Shown piece by piece: positions 55,720 through 64,000 of a stretch of 64,000 nt of DNA. Under the pieces are notes generated by a model. It ran no database searches, had not been told where the DNA came from, and worked only from the letters and a program-made list of their open reading frames with translations. Source of the stretch: an uncultured Actinomycetota bacterium. GTDB lineage: Bacteria; Actinomycetota; Actinomycetes; Actinomycetales; Cellulomonadaceae. The DNA is taken from contig CAVRUY010000003.1 of NCBI GenBank assembly GCA_963724505.1, forward strand, positions 36,725 through 100,724, read 5' to 3'. The translations under genes and the position numbers were made by a program. Numbering within the stretch: the stretch's first letter is position 1; each line of letters starts with the position of its first letter.

Positions 55720-56568
55720 TCAGGGGGCGACGATGGGTCCGTAGGCGTCCGGCCGGCGGTCGCGGAAGAACTGCCAGCGCTCACGCACCTCGCGGATGGC
55801 GCCGAGGTCCACGTCGCGGATGATGAGGCCGGCCTCCGTCGAGCTGGCGACGTCGCCGACGTAGTTCCCGTCGGGGCCCACGACGTAGGAGCTGCCGTAG
55901 AAGTTGACCGCCTCGTCGCCGTACTCGTTGTCCTCGAGGCCGACGCGGTTGTTGGCCGCGACGTAGTAGCCGTTCGCCACGGCCGCGGCCGGCTGCTCGA
56001 TCTCCCAGAGCTTGTTGGAGATCCCGGGGGCCGTGGCGTTGGGGTTGAAGACGATCTCCGCACCGGCCAGGCCCAGCACGCGCCAGCCCTCGGGGAAGTG
56101 GCGGTCGTAGCAGATGTTCACGCCGATCGTGCCGACGGCCGTCTCGAAGACGGGGTAGCCGAGGTTCCCGGGACGGAAGTAGAACTTCTCCCAGAACTTG
56201 GGCAGGTGCGGGATGTGGTGCTTGCGGTACTTGCCGAGGTAGGAGCCGTCGGCGTCGATCACCGCCGCGGTGTTGTAGAGGACTCCGGGCTGGTCCTCCT
56301 CGTACACCGGAAGCACGATGACGATGCCGAGCTCCTTGGCGAGCGCGGCGAAGCGGTCGACCGTCGGGCCGGGGACCGACTCGGCGTAGGCGTAGTACTT
56401 CGGGTCCTGGGTGATGCCGAAGTACGGGCCGTAGAAGAGCTCCTGGAAGCCGATGATCTGGGCGCCCTCGGCCGCGGCCTGCCGGGTGTACTCCTCGTGC
56501 AGGGCGATCATCGACTCCTTGTCGCCCGTCCACGGGGTCTGCGTCAGTGCCAGCCGTACCACGCTCAT
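55720..56568 (-). CDS. Nitrilase-family hydrolase (probable beta-ureidopropionase)
   Basis: Triad FQELF, YRKHHIP, ICYDRHFPE; FWEKFYF; FFRDRRP. Confidence 0.9.
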   Translation of the reverse strand: MSVVRLALTQTPWTGDKESMIALHEEYTRQAAAEGAQIIGFQELFYGPYFGITQDPKYYAYAESVPGPTVDRFAALAKELGIVIVLPVYEEDQPGVLYNTAAVIDADGSYLGKYRKHHIPHLPKFWEKFYFRPGNLGYPVFETAVGTIGVNICYDRHFPEGWRVLGLAGAEIVFNPNATAPGISNKLWEIEQPAAAVANGYYVAANNRVGLEDNEYGDEAVNFYGSSYVVGPDGNYVGDVASSTEAGLIIRDVDLGAIREVRERWQFFRDRRPDAYGPIVAP

Positions 56569-56625
56569 GTGTCCTCCGGACCGTCTCCGCCCGGACGCCG
56601 ACGGAGTCCGAGCCCCTTCGCCAGG

Positions 56626-56695
56626 TTTGTTATCCTGAGGGTTGAACATTTCTCACCGGTTTCCCTGCCGGCGACCTGGGTTTCCCTGCGGTAAA
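56626..56695 (-). promoter_or_regulatory. Divergent control region: candidate GlnR boxes plus imperfect dyad
   Basis: GGTTTCCCTGC repeated at 56658 and 56679 (minus strand TTTAC-N6-GAAAC, then a second GAAAC); TTTGTTA-N11-GAACATT dyad. Confidence 0.55.
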
Positions 56696-56758
56696 TCCTC
56701 GGTAGGGCCCATGACCCACCGCACCGGCCCGCCCGGTCGCTCCGGACGAGGAGGCTCG

Positions 56759-58150
56759 ATGACCGAAGGGACGGCCGAGCAGGACCGCGAGGACGGCGCG
56801 ACGGCGGCGCGCACCCTGGGCGTCGTCCGCGATGCCGTCGAAGAGCGCAGCCCGCGCGGCATCGCCTCGGCCATCTCCCGGCTGGTCCGCGACGGCACCC
56901 TCGCCGCAGGGATGCGCCTGCCGACCGTGCGCACCCTCGGCGCCGAGCTCGGGGTGAGCCCCGCGACGGTGAGCGGGGCGTGGCGCGCCCTTGCCGGCGT
57001 CGGCCTGGTCGTCTCCCGCGGCCGGTCCGGGACGTTCGTGCTCGACACCGGATCCACCTGGATGCCGCCGCGGTACCGGGACCTCGTCGGTGCCCGGGGC
57101 GATGCCCGGCTCGACCTCTCCACGGGGACGCCCGACCCCCTCCTGCTGCCCGATCTCGGTCCGGTCCTCGCCCGGCTCGGCTCCGACGCGCTCACCTCGA
57201 CGTACCTCAGCGACCCGGTGCTCCCGCGGCTCGAGCGCCACCTGCACGCGACCTGGCCCTATCGCGCCGAGGCGATCACCGTCGTCGACGGCGCCCTGGA
57301 CGCGATGGCCCGGTCGCTCGAGCTCCTCGTCCGGTTCGGTGACCGCGTGGTGGTGGAGGACCCGTGCTTCCCCCCGCTCCTCGACCTGCTCGACCTGCTC
57401 GGCGCCGAGCGGGTCCCGATCGCGTTGGACAGCTCGGGACTGCGCCCCGAGGCCCTGGAGCGGGCGCTGCGGGCCACCTCCCCCGCGGCCGTCGTCCTGC
57501 AGCCCCGAGCGCACAACCCCACGGGGGTCTCGATGTCCCCGGCCCGCGCCGAGGAGCTCGCGGCGCTTCTGACGTCGCACCCCCACGCCGAGCGCACCGT
57601 CGTCGTCGAGGACGACCACTCCGGGATGGTCTCAGCCACGCCGGACGTCAGTCTCGGTCGTCAGCTGCCCGATCGGGTGCTGCACATCCGCTCGTTCTCC
57701 AAGTCCCACGGCCCCGATCTGCGGATCGCCGCCCTCGGCGGCCCCCGGGTGCTGGTCGACCGGATCGTCGCGCGGCGCATGCTCGGACCGGGCTGGACCT
57801 CACGGATGCTCCAGCAGGTGCTCCTCGAACTCCTGACGACCAGCGCCGGGCTCGACACGGTCACGGAGGCCCGACGGGCGTACCACTTCCGGCAGCACGA
57901 GCTCGCGCGGGTCCTGCGGCTGCACGGCCCGCTCGGGGCGACGGGAGACGGGATCAACATGTGGCTCCCGGTTGCCTCCGAGTCCGCCGCGAGCCTGTTC
58001 CTGGCCGCTGCGGGCATCCGGGTCGCGCCCGGTTCGCCCTTCCGGGCTGCAGCCGCCGTCGACGGCGACCACGTTCGCGTCACGGTCGGCAGGCTCCGCG
58101 CCGACCACGACGCCGTCGGCGCGCTGCTCGCGGCGGCGCGGGTCGCCTGA
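56759..58150 (+). CDS. GntR/MocR family PLP-dependent transcriptional regulator
   Basis: RLPTVRTLGAELGVSPATV wHTH; QPRAHNPTG, EDDH, SFSKSHGPDLR; RBS GAGGAGG. Confidence 0.93.
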   Translation: MTEGTAEQDREDGATAARTLGVVRDAVEERSPRGIASAISRLVRDGTLAAGMRLPTVRTLGAELGVSPATVSGAWRALAGVGLVVSRGRSGTFVLDTGSTWMPPRYRDLVGARGDARLDLSTGTPDPLLLPDLGPVLARLGSDALTSTYLSDPVLPRLERHLHATWPYRAEAITVVDGALDAMARSLELLVRFGDRVVVEDPCFPPLLDLLDLLGAERVPIALDSSGLRPEALERALRATSPAAVVLQPRAHNPTGVSMSPARAEELAALLTSHPHAERTVVVEDDHSGMVSATPDVSLGRQLPDRVLHIRSFSKSHGPDLRIAALGGPRVLVDRIVARRMLGPGWTSRMLQQVLLELLTTSAGLDTVTEARRAYHFRQHELARVLRLHGPLGATGDGINMWLPVASESAASLFLAAAGIRVAPGSPFRAAAAVDGDHVRVTVGRLRADHDAVGALLAAARVA

Positions 58151-58207
58151 GCCGGTCACCCCCGCGCCGACGTGCCCGCAGGCGGGCGCACGTGGCAGGA
58201 TCCGGAC

Positions 58208-58579
58208 ATGATCGTGGTGACGACGAACGAGATCCCCGGCTACCGCGTGACGGCCGTGCTCGGGGAGGTGATGGGCCTGACCGTCCGGGCGACGAACATC
58301 GGCTCGAACTTCACCGCGGGCATCCGCGCGATCGGCGGCGGCGAGATCCCCGAGTACACGAAGATCATGTACGAGTCCCGTGCCGAGGTGATGCACCGGC
58401 TGGTCACCGAGGCCAAGCAGCGGGGCGCGAACGCGATCCTCATGATGCGGTTCGACACCGGGGCGATCGGGCAGTTCAGCGAGGTCTGCGCCTACGGGAC
58501 GGCGGCGATCGTCGAGCCGATCCCGGCCGGCCAGCCGGGCGCGACGCCGCAGTCCGCCCACCTGGCCGCGCAGGGCTGA
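58208..58579 (+). CDS. YbjQ (UPF0145) family protein
   Basis: MIVVTTNEIPGY, GEVMGLTVR, GGGEIPEYT, GANAI..MRFDT, EVCAYGTA. Confidence 0.92.
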   Translation: MIVVTTNEIPGYRVTAVLGEVMGLTVRATNIGSNFTAGIRAIGGGEIPEYTKIMYESRAEVMHRLVTEAKQRGANAILMMRFDTGAIGQFSEVCAYGTAAIVEPIPAGQPGATPQSAHLAAQG

Positions 58580-58586
58580 GCCGACG

Positions 58587-59576
58587 GTGCCGTGCCGGAT
58601 CACCGTCCTGGCCGGCGGGGTCGGCGGGGCACGCTTCACCCGCGGCCTGCGCGGGTACCTGCGCCGCACCGACCCGGACGCCGCGGTGACGGTGGTCGTC
58701 AACACGGGCGACGACCTGTGGCTCGACGGGCTGCGGGTCTGCCCCGACCTCGACACGGTGATGTACACGCTCGGCGGGGTGATCGGCCAGCAGGGGTGGG
58801 GTCGCTCCGGGGAGAGCACCCGGGTCAGCGCCGAGCTGCACGCCTACGGCCTGGGCTGGGACTGGTTCACGCTGGGCGACCTCGACCTCGGCACGCACCT
58901 GGCCCGGACCGAGCTGCTGCGCTCCGGCCTGCCGCTGAGCGCGGTCACCGCACGGCTCTGCGAGCGCTGGCGGCCGGGGGTCCGGCTGCTGCCGATGAGC
59001 GACGAGCCCGTCGAGACCCACGTCGAGGTGGAGATCGGCGGCGGGGTGCGGCTGATCCACTTCGAGGAGTGGTGGGTGCGGTACCGGGCGGGGATTCCGG
59101 CCCGGCGCTTCGTCCAGGTCGGGGTCGAGTCCGCCCGGCCGGCCCCGGGCGTCCTCGAGGCGATCACGCAGGCCGACGTCGTGCTGCTGCCGCCGTCGAA
59201 CCCGGTCGTCTCGATCGGGACGATCCTCGGGGTCCCCGGGGTGCGCGACGCCCTGCGCGCCGCGCCGGCGCCGGTGGTCGGGGTCAGCCCGATCCTCGGT
59301 GGGGCACCGGTCCGCGGGATGGCGGACGCGTGCCTCACGGCGATCGGCGTCGAGACCTCGGCGGCGGCGGTCGGGCTGCACTACGGGGCGCGCGCGGCCG
59401 ACGGGATCCTCGACGGCTGGCTCGTGGACACCGTCGACGCCGGGGCGGTGCAGCCGCTCGCGGCCGCCGGACTGGCGGCGCGGTCCCTGCCGCTGCTGAT
59501 GAGCGACGACGGCGCGACGGCGGCGATCGTCGAGGCGGCGCTCGGCCTGGCGGACCAGGTCCGGACGTCCGGGTAG
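58587..59576 (+). CDS. cofD: 2-phospho-L-lactate/phosphoenolpyruvate transferase CofD (FbiA)
   Basis: LAGGVGGARF, NTGDD, CPDLDT, WFTLGD.DLGTH, HFEEWWV, PPSNPVVSIG, VSPI. Confidence 0.95.
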   Translation: MPCRITVLAGGVGGARFTRGLRGYLRRTDPDAAVTVVVNTGDDLWLDGLRVCPDLDTVMYTLGGVIGQQGWGRSGESTRVSAELHAYGLGWDWFTLGDLDLGTHLARTELLRSGLPLSAVTARLCERWRPGVRLLPMSDEPVETHVEVEIGGGVRLIHFEEWWVRYRAGIPARRFVQVGVESARPAPGVLEAITQADVVLLPPSNPVVSIGTILGVPGVRDALRAAPAPVVGVSPILGGAPVRGMADACLTAIGVETSAAAVGLHYGARAADGILDGWLVDTVDAGAVQPLAAAGLAARSLPLLMSDDGATAAIVEAALGLADQVRTSG

Positions 59577-59724
59577 CCCGGACCCACCGGCCCGCGCGGC
59601 CGTCGCCTAGAGTGGGTGACGGACCCCGCGCCCCTGTCGGCGCGGAGGAACGGCCCGTCCTGGACCGTGGTCCGCAGGTCGCAGCTGGACGGCCTCCCGC
59701 TCCCCCGCGATCCCCGGAGACCCC

Positions 59725-60735
59725 GTGCGCCTGCGCCCCCTCGTCGGGCTGACCCTCCCGACCCTCCTGCTGCTGGCCGCCTGTGCCGGCGCGACGAACG
59801 ACGCCGCCGGCTCGCCCTCGGCCGCGGTGGCGACGAGCACGCCGACGGACGCCGGCTACCCGCCGTTCACGGCGGACGACTGCGGCTTCGCGGTGTCGGT
59901 CGACGCACCGCCGCAGCGCATCGTCACGATCAAGTCGAGCGCGACCGAGATGGTCCTCGCCCTGGGTGCCGGCGACCGGATCGTCGGCACCGGCTTTCCG
60001 GACGGACCGGTGCCCGAGCCGTGGGCGGCCGCGGCGAGCGGGCTGACGACCCTCTCCGACAAGGTGCCGTCGGCCGAGGTCGTGCTGGCCGCCGAGCCGG
60101 ACCTCGTCTACGCCGGCTGGGAGTCCAACCTCACGGCCGAGGGCGCCGGGGACCGCGCGACCCTGCGCGACCTCGGCGTCGCCACGTTCGTCTCGCCCGC
60201 GGCGTGCAAGGAGCCCGGCTACCAGCCGGACCGGATGACCTTCGACGAGGTCTTCGACGAGATCTCCCAGATGGGTGACCTGCTCGGGGTGCCCGAGGCG
60301 GCGACCGCGCTCGTCGCCGCCCAGCGCACCGAGCTCGCGACGGTGAGCGCCGACACCCGCGGGCTCACCGCGCTGTGGTTCTCCTCCGGTGGCGACGTGC
60401 CCTACGTCGGCGCGGGGATCGGCACCCCGCAGATGATCATGGAAGCGGTCGGGCTGACGAACATCGCCGCCGGCGTCGCGGACACCTGGACGCCGTTCAG
60501 CTGGGAGCAGGTCGCCCAGGACGACCCGGACGTCATCGTGCTGGTCGACGCGACCTGGAACAGCGCGGAGGACAAGAAGGCGCTGCTGGCGACCGACCCA
60601 GCCACCGCGAACCTCAGTGCCGTGCTGGCCGAGCGCTACCTCGTGGTCCCGTTCGCGGCGACCGAGGCGGGCGTGCGCAACGTCTCGGCCGCGACCGACC
60701 TGTCGGCGCAGCTGGCGGAGCTCGACCTCGGATGA
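59725..60735 (+). CDS. Putative F420-0/deazaflavin ABC transporter substrate-binding lipoprotein
   Basis: Lipobox LAAC, PQRIVTIKSSATEM, YAGWESN, SPAACKEPGYQP, PFAATEAGVR; resembles TIGR03868 family; flanked by cof genes. Confidence 0.82.
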   Translation: MRLRPLVGLTLPTLLLLAACAGATNDAAGSPSAAVATSTPTDAGYPPFTADDCGFAVSVDAPPQRIVTIKSSATEMVLALGAGDRIVGTGFPDGPVPEPWAAAASGLTTLSDKVPSAEVVLAAEPDLVYAGWESNLTAEGAGDRATLRDLGVATFVSPAACKEPGYQPDRMTFDEVFDEISQMGDLLGVPEAATALVAAQRTELATVSADTRGLTALWFSSGGDVPYVGAGIGTPQMIMEAVGLTNIAAGVADTWTPFSWEQVAQDDPDVIVLVDATWNSAEDKKALLATDPATANLSAVLAERYLVVPFAATEAGVRNVSAATDLSAQLAELDLG

Positions 60736-61808
60736 CCACCCTGCTGCGCCGGGCCGACCCCGTCGCCGCCGGCCCGAGCCGCCGGCGGGGGGCCGTCCCG
60801 CTGCTTGCGGCGGCCGGTGTGCTGCTGGTCTCGATGACCGTCGCGGTGAGCATCGGCCCGGCGGGGATCGCACCCACGGACGTCTGGGCCTCGATCGGGC
60901 ACCACCTCGCGGGGCTCGTGCGACCCACCGGCGCCGCGCCGCTCGGCCCGCTGCTCGACGGGGTCGTGTGGGACCTGCGGTTGCCCCGGGTGCTCACCGC
61001 CGCCGCCGTCGGCGCAGGCCTGGCCGTGAGCGGCGCGGTCATGCAGAGCCTGACGCGCAACCCGCTGGCCGACCCCTACCTGCTGGGCCTCTCGGCCGGC
61101 GCCTCGCTGGGGGCGGTGTCCGTGATCGTCCTCGGCGTCGGGCTCCTGCTCCCGGTCGCCGCGTTCGTCGGGGCCTTCCTGGCGATGGCGGCCGCGCTCG
61201 GCCTGGCCGGCTCCCTCGGCACGCTCACCCCCGGGCGCACCGTGCTCGCCGGGCTGGCCGTCGCCCAGCTCTGCGCCGCCGGCACGTCGTTCGTCATCTT
61301 CTGGTCCGCCACCGGCGACTCCTACCGCGACATCCTCGCCTGGCTGATGGGCTCGCTCGCGGGGGCCGGCTGGGCCGAGGTCGCCATCGCCGCGTCCGCG
61401 GTGCTCGTCCTCGGCACGGTGCTCGTCGGCTCGGCCCGGACGCTCGACGCCTTCGCCTTCGGCGACGGAGCGGCGAGCGCCCTGGGCATCGACGTGACGC
61501 GCACCCGCTGGGTCCTGCTCACCCTCGTCGCCCTGCTGACCGGTGGCCTGGTGGCGGTCAGCGGGTCCATCGGCTTCGTCGGCCTCATCGTCCCGCACGC
61601 GGTCCGGCTCGTCGTCGGGGCGCCGCACCGCCGGCTGCTGCCGCTGTCGGCCCTCGTCGGCGCAACGTTCCTGGTCTGGGCGGACACCGCGGCGCGCGCG
61701 CTGTTCGAGCCGCGGGAGCTGCCGGTCGGGATCGTCACGGCCTTCGTCGGGGCCCCCGTGTTCGCCGCGCTGCTCTGGCGGCGCCGGTCCGCGAGCGCCG
61801 ACCTGTGA
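60732..61808 (+). CDS. Putative F420-0 ABC transporter permease (FecCD/BtuC type)
   Basis: LRLPRV, QSLTRNPLADPYLLGLSAGA, GSIGFVGLIVPH, ELPVGIVTA. Confidence 0.88.
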   Translation: MTTLLRRADPVAAGPSRRRGAVPLLAAAGVLLVSMTVAVSIGPAGIAPTDVWASIGHHLAGLVRPTGAAPLGPLLDGVVWDLRLPRVLTAAAVGAGLAVSGAVMQSLTRNPLADPYLLGLSAGASLGAVSVIVLGVGLLLPVAAFVGAFLAMAAALGLAGSLGTLTPGRTVLAGLAVAQLCAAGTSFVIFWSATGDSYRDILAWLMGSLAGAGWAEVAIAASAVLVLGTVLVGSARTLDAFAFGDGAASALGIDVTRTRWVLLTLVALLTGGLVAVSGSIGFVGLIVPHAVRLVVGAPHRRLLPLSALVGATFLVWADTAARALFEPRELPVGIVTAFVGAPVFAALLWRRRSASADL

Positions 61809-62626
61809 GCCTGCACCTGGACCGGCTGCGCTGGACCGTCGAGGGCCGGGTCGTCGTCGACGACGTCGACTGCACCCCGCCGCGGGGCGCGCTGACCGGT
61901 GTGCTCGGCCCGAACGGGGCCGGCAAGTCCAGCCTGCTGCGCCTGGTGGCCGGCGTGCTGGCCGCCGACGGCGGGCAGGCCGTGCTCGCGGGGACCGACC
62001 TGCTCGGGCTGAGCCGACGGGACCGGGCCCGCCGGGTGGCCTTCGTCGAGCAGGACTCGGCCGCCCCCGCCGGGCTCACCGTCCGTCAGGCGGTGCTGCT
62101 CGGGCGCACCCCGCACACCTCCCGGTGGGGCTCGACCTCGGTGCGCGACGAGGACCTCGCCGACCAGGCCCTGCTCGACACCGGGGCCCTCGCGCTCGCC
62201 GACCGGCAGCTCTCGACGCTCTCCGGCGGCGAGCGGCAGCGGGTCCACCTCGCCCGGGCGCTGGCCCAGGAGCCCGAGCTCCTGCTGCTGGACGAGCCGA
62301 CCAACCACCTCGACGTCCGTGCCCAGCTCGACACGCTCGCCATCGTCGCGGGCCTCACCGCGCGCGGCGTGACGGTCCTCGCGGCGCTGCACGACCTCAA
62401 CCTCGCGGCCGGCGCCTGCGACCACCTCGTGCTGCTCGCCGAGGGCCGGGTGGTGGCTGCCGGGCCGGTGCACGAGGTGCTGCACCCCGAGCTCATCGAG
62501 GCCGTCTACGGGGTGCGGTGCCTGGTGCTGGAGCACCCGGAGTCCGGGCGCCCGGTGCTGACGTTCACCCCGCCGGGGACCGGCGCACCCGCGATGGACC
62601 AGGAGGCACCCCGAGCCCGACGGTGA
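61805..62626 (+). CDS. Putative F420-0 ABC transporter ATP-binding protein
   Basis: GPNGAGKS, LSGGERQR, LLLDEPTNHLD, LHDLN. Confidence 0.9.
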   Translation: MSLHLDRLRWTVEGRVVVDDVDCTPPRGALTGVLGPNGAGKSSLLRLVAGVLAADGGQAVLAGTDLLGLSRRDRARRVAFVEQDSAAPAGLTVRQAVLLGRTPHTSRWGSTSVRDEDLADQALLDTGALALADRQLSTLSGGERQRVHLARALAQEPELLLLDEPTNHLDVRAQLDTLAIVAGLTARGVTVLAALHDLNLAAGACDHLVLLAEGRVVAAGPVHEVLHPELIEAVYGVRCLVLEHPESGRPVLTFTPPGTGAPAMDQEAPRARR

Positions 62627-63299
62627 GCTCGGCCAGGACCCGCGCGGTCCGCGCGCCGACGCCCAGCCGGACGGCGACCTCGAGGTCGGCCGCCGTGTCG
62701 ACGTCCCGACGCAGCCCCGGTCCCGCGTCGGCGAGCACGCGGTGTCCCGCATCCTCGTGCGCCCGGCGCGACCCCGGCCCGAAGCGCGGGCGCAGGTCGG
62801 CCGGGTGCGCTGCCGTGAGCAGGGTCGTGCCCGTCCCGTCCGCGTCGGGGACCATCGCGCGGGTGTGCTCGGACGCCGCGGCCAGCGCCGCGTCGAGCTC
62901 GCCGGGGCGCAGCGCCGGGAGGTCGCCGAGCAGGATGCCGGCCGGCCCGCCGAGCTCGGCGAGCACCTGCCGGCCCCGCTCGATCGCCCCGGCGAGGCCG
63001 CTCCCCGGGTCCCCGACGACCGCCAGGCGCCCCCGGGAGCCCAGCTCGTCGCGCAGCCGGACCTCGCTGGTGACGACGACGAGCCGGTCGACCCGGGCGG
63101 CGGCCAGCACGGCCTCGATCGTGTCGATCGCGACGGCGAGGGCGAGGCTCGCGCGCGCGTCCGGCGGCAGCGCACCGCCGCCGCGGGCGTCCGCTGGCAG
63201 GGCGAGGCGGGACTTGGCGGTCCCGAGCCGCTTGACCGGGATGACGATCCCCCAGGTCGCGCCGGCGGCGGTCCCGTCGCGGGCCCCGGCACGGTTCAC
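62565..63299 (-). CDS. cofC: 2-phospho-L-lactate/PEP guanylyltransferase CofC (FbiD)
   Basis: [48 protein letters not shown]. Confidence 0.92.
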   Translation of the reverse strand: MNRAGARDGTAAGATWGIVIPVKRLGTAKSRLALPADARGGGALPPDARASLALAVAIDTIEAVLAAARVDRLVVVTSEVRLRDELGSRGRLAVVGDPGSGLAGAIERGRQVLAELGGPAGILLGDLPALRPGELDAALAAASEHTRAMVPDADGTGTTLLTAAHPADLRPRFGPGSRRAHEDAGHRVLADAGPGLRRDVDTAADLEVAVRLGVGARTARVLAELTVGLGVPPGPSRVRRSPAG

Positions 63300-64000
63300 G
63301 GCGTCGTCCCGGCCGGCGGCGAGGCCGCGCGCCTGCCCGCCTCGAACCCCTCTTGCCAGGCCTCGGCGGTCCCGAGCCGGAACAGGTCGCCCGCCGGGTC
63401 GCGCACGGCGACGCGAGCCCCCGGCCCGTCCTCCGCCGTGACGTGCTGCGCCAGCCCGCGGACCACGGCCAGCGGCCGCCCCTCGGCCTTGCCGCGCACG
63501 AGCTCGGACGCCGCGGCCACCTCGTCCGCGACGGCGGTGACGGTGGCCGTCAGGGCGTGCCCATGCGCGTCGACGGTGCCGCGCAGGTCGTCCAGCACCA
63601 CCAGACCGGCCGCGCCGATCGCCAGGTCGGTCAGCCCCTCCCGCCAGGCGCGTCCGGCGGTGTCCGTGACCACCACCGCCAGCCGGACGCCGAACCGACG
63701 CTGCCAGGCGGCGCGCAGCCGTCGGGCCGAGGCGTCGGGGTCCACCGGCAGCAGCAGCACGGTGCCGTCCGGCGTGTTGCTCGCATCGACCCCTGCCGCG
63801 GCCATCACCAGGCCGAGCCGGTTCTCCACGATCCGCAGCAGCCCGCCCGGGTGCTCGCGGGTGGCCACGACCCGCACCGTCTCGTCGGTGATCGCCTGCT
63901 CGCGGTCGCGGGCGTGCACGATGCGGCCCTCGGCCTTGGACACGACCTTGCTCGTCACCACGACGACGTCGCCGTCGTGCAGGTGCTCGGCGGCGAGCAC
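63296..64000 (-). CDS. cofE: Coenzyme F420-0:L-glutamate ligase CofE, 5' end outside window
   Basis: [62 protein letters not shown]. Confidence 0.93.
   Translation of the reverse strand: MLAAEHLHDGDVVVVTSKVVSKAEGRIVHARDREQAITDETVRVVATREHPGGLLRIVENRLGLVMAAAGVDASNTPDGTVLLLPVDPDASARRLRAAWQRRFGVRLAVVVTDTAGRAWREGLTDLAIGAAGLVVLDDLRGTVDAHGHALTATVTAVADEVAAASELVRGKAEGRPLAVVRGLAQHVTAEDGPGARVAVRDPAGDLFRLGTAEAWQEGFEAGRRAASPPAGTTP

Noticed and set aside
48035-58150. Horizontal acquisition of the pyrimidine cluster
   Set aside because: Some stretches look slightly less GC-biased, but I cannot quantify this and see no mobility genes or flanking repeats.

Overview
High-GC actinobacterial chromosome, most like Micrococcales (Cellulomonadaceae/Actinotalea-like gene order; taxonomy is an inference). 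Bases ~2-41.8 kb are a mostly minus-strand core backbone: ileS (with T-box)-folC-dhaKLM-ndk-smc-ftsY-amtB-glnK-glnK-glnD-ffh-rpsP-khpA-rimM-trmD-rplS-lepB-rnhB-yraN-comM-dprA-xerC-whiG-rpsB-tsf-pyrH-frr-cdsA-rlmN-dxr. Bases ~41.8-64 kb are accessory. They contain a membrane-anchored, probably extracytoplasmic class II chelatase-like protein divergent from a SigK/RskA-type ECF pair with a Met-rich sensor domain, a TipA-like MerR regulator and a TPR-GGDEF cyclase. They also contain a reductive pyrimidine-catabolism operon in which an F420-type luciferase-like oxidoreductase sits where dihydropyrimidine dehydrogenase would be expected, next to a cofD/deazaflavin ABC importer/cofC/cofE block. amtB, smc and folC each carry a single extra G, probably sequencing error. 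No rRNA, tRNA, CRISPR or IS element was recognised. All family assignments come from motif recognition by eye; no database searches were run.
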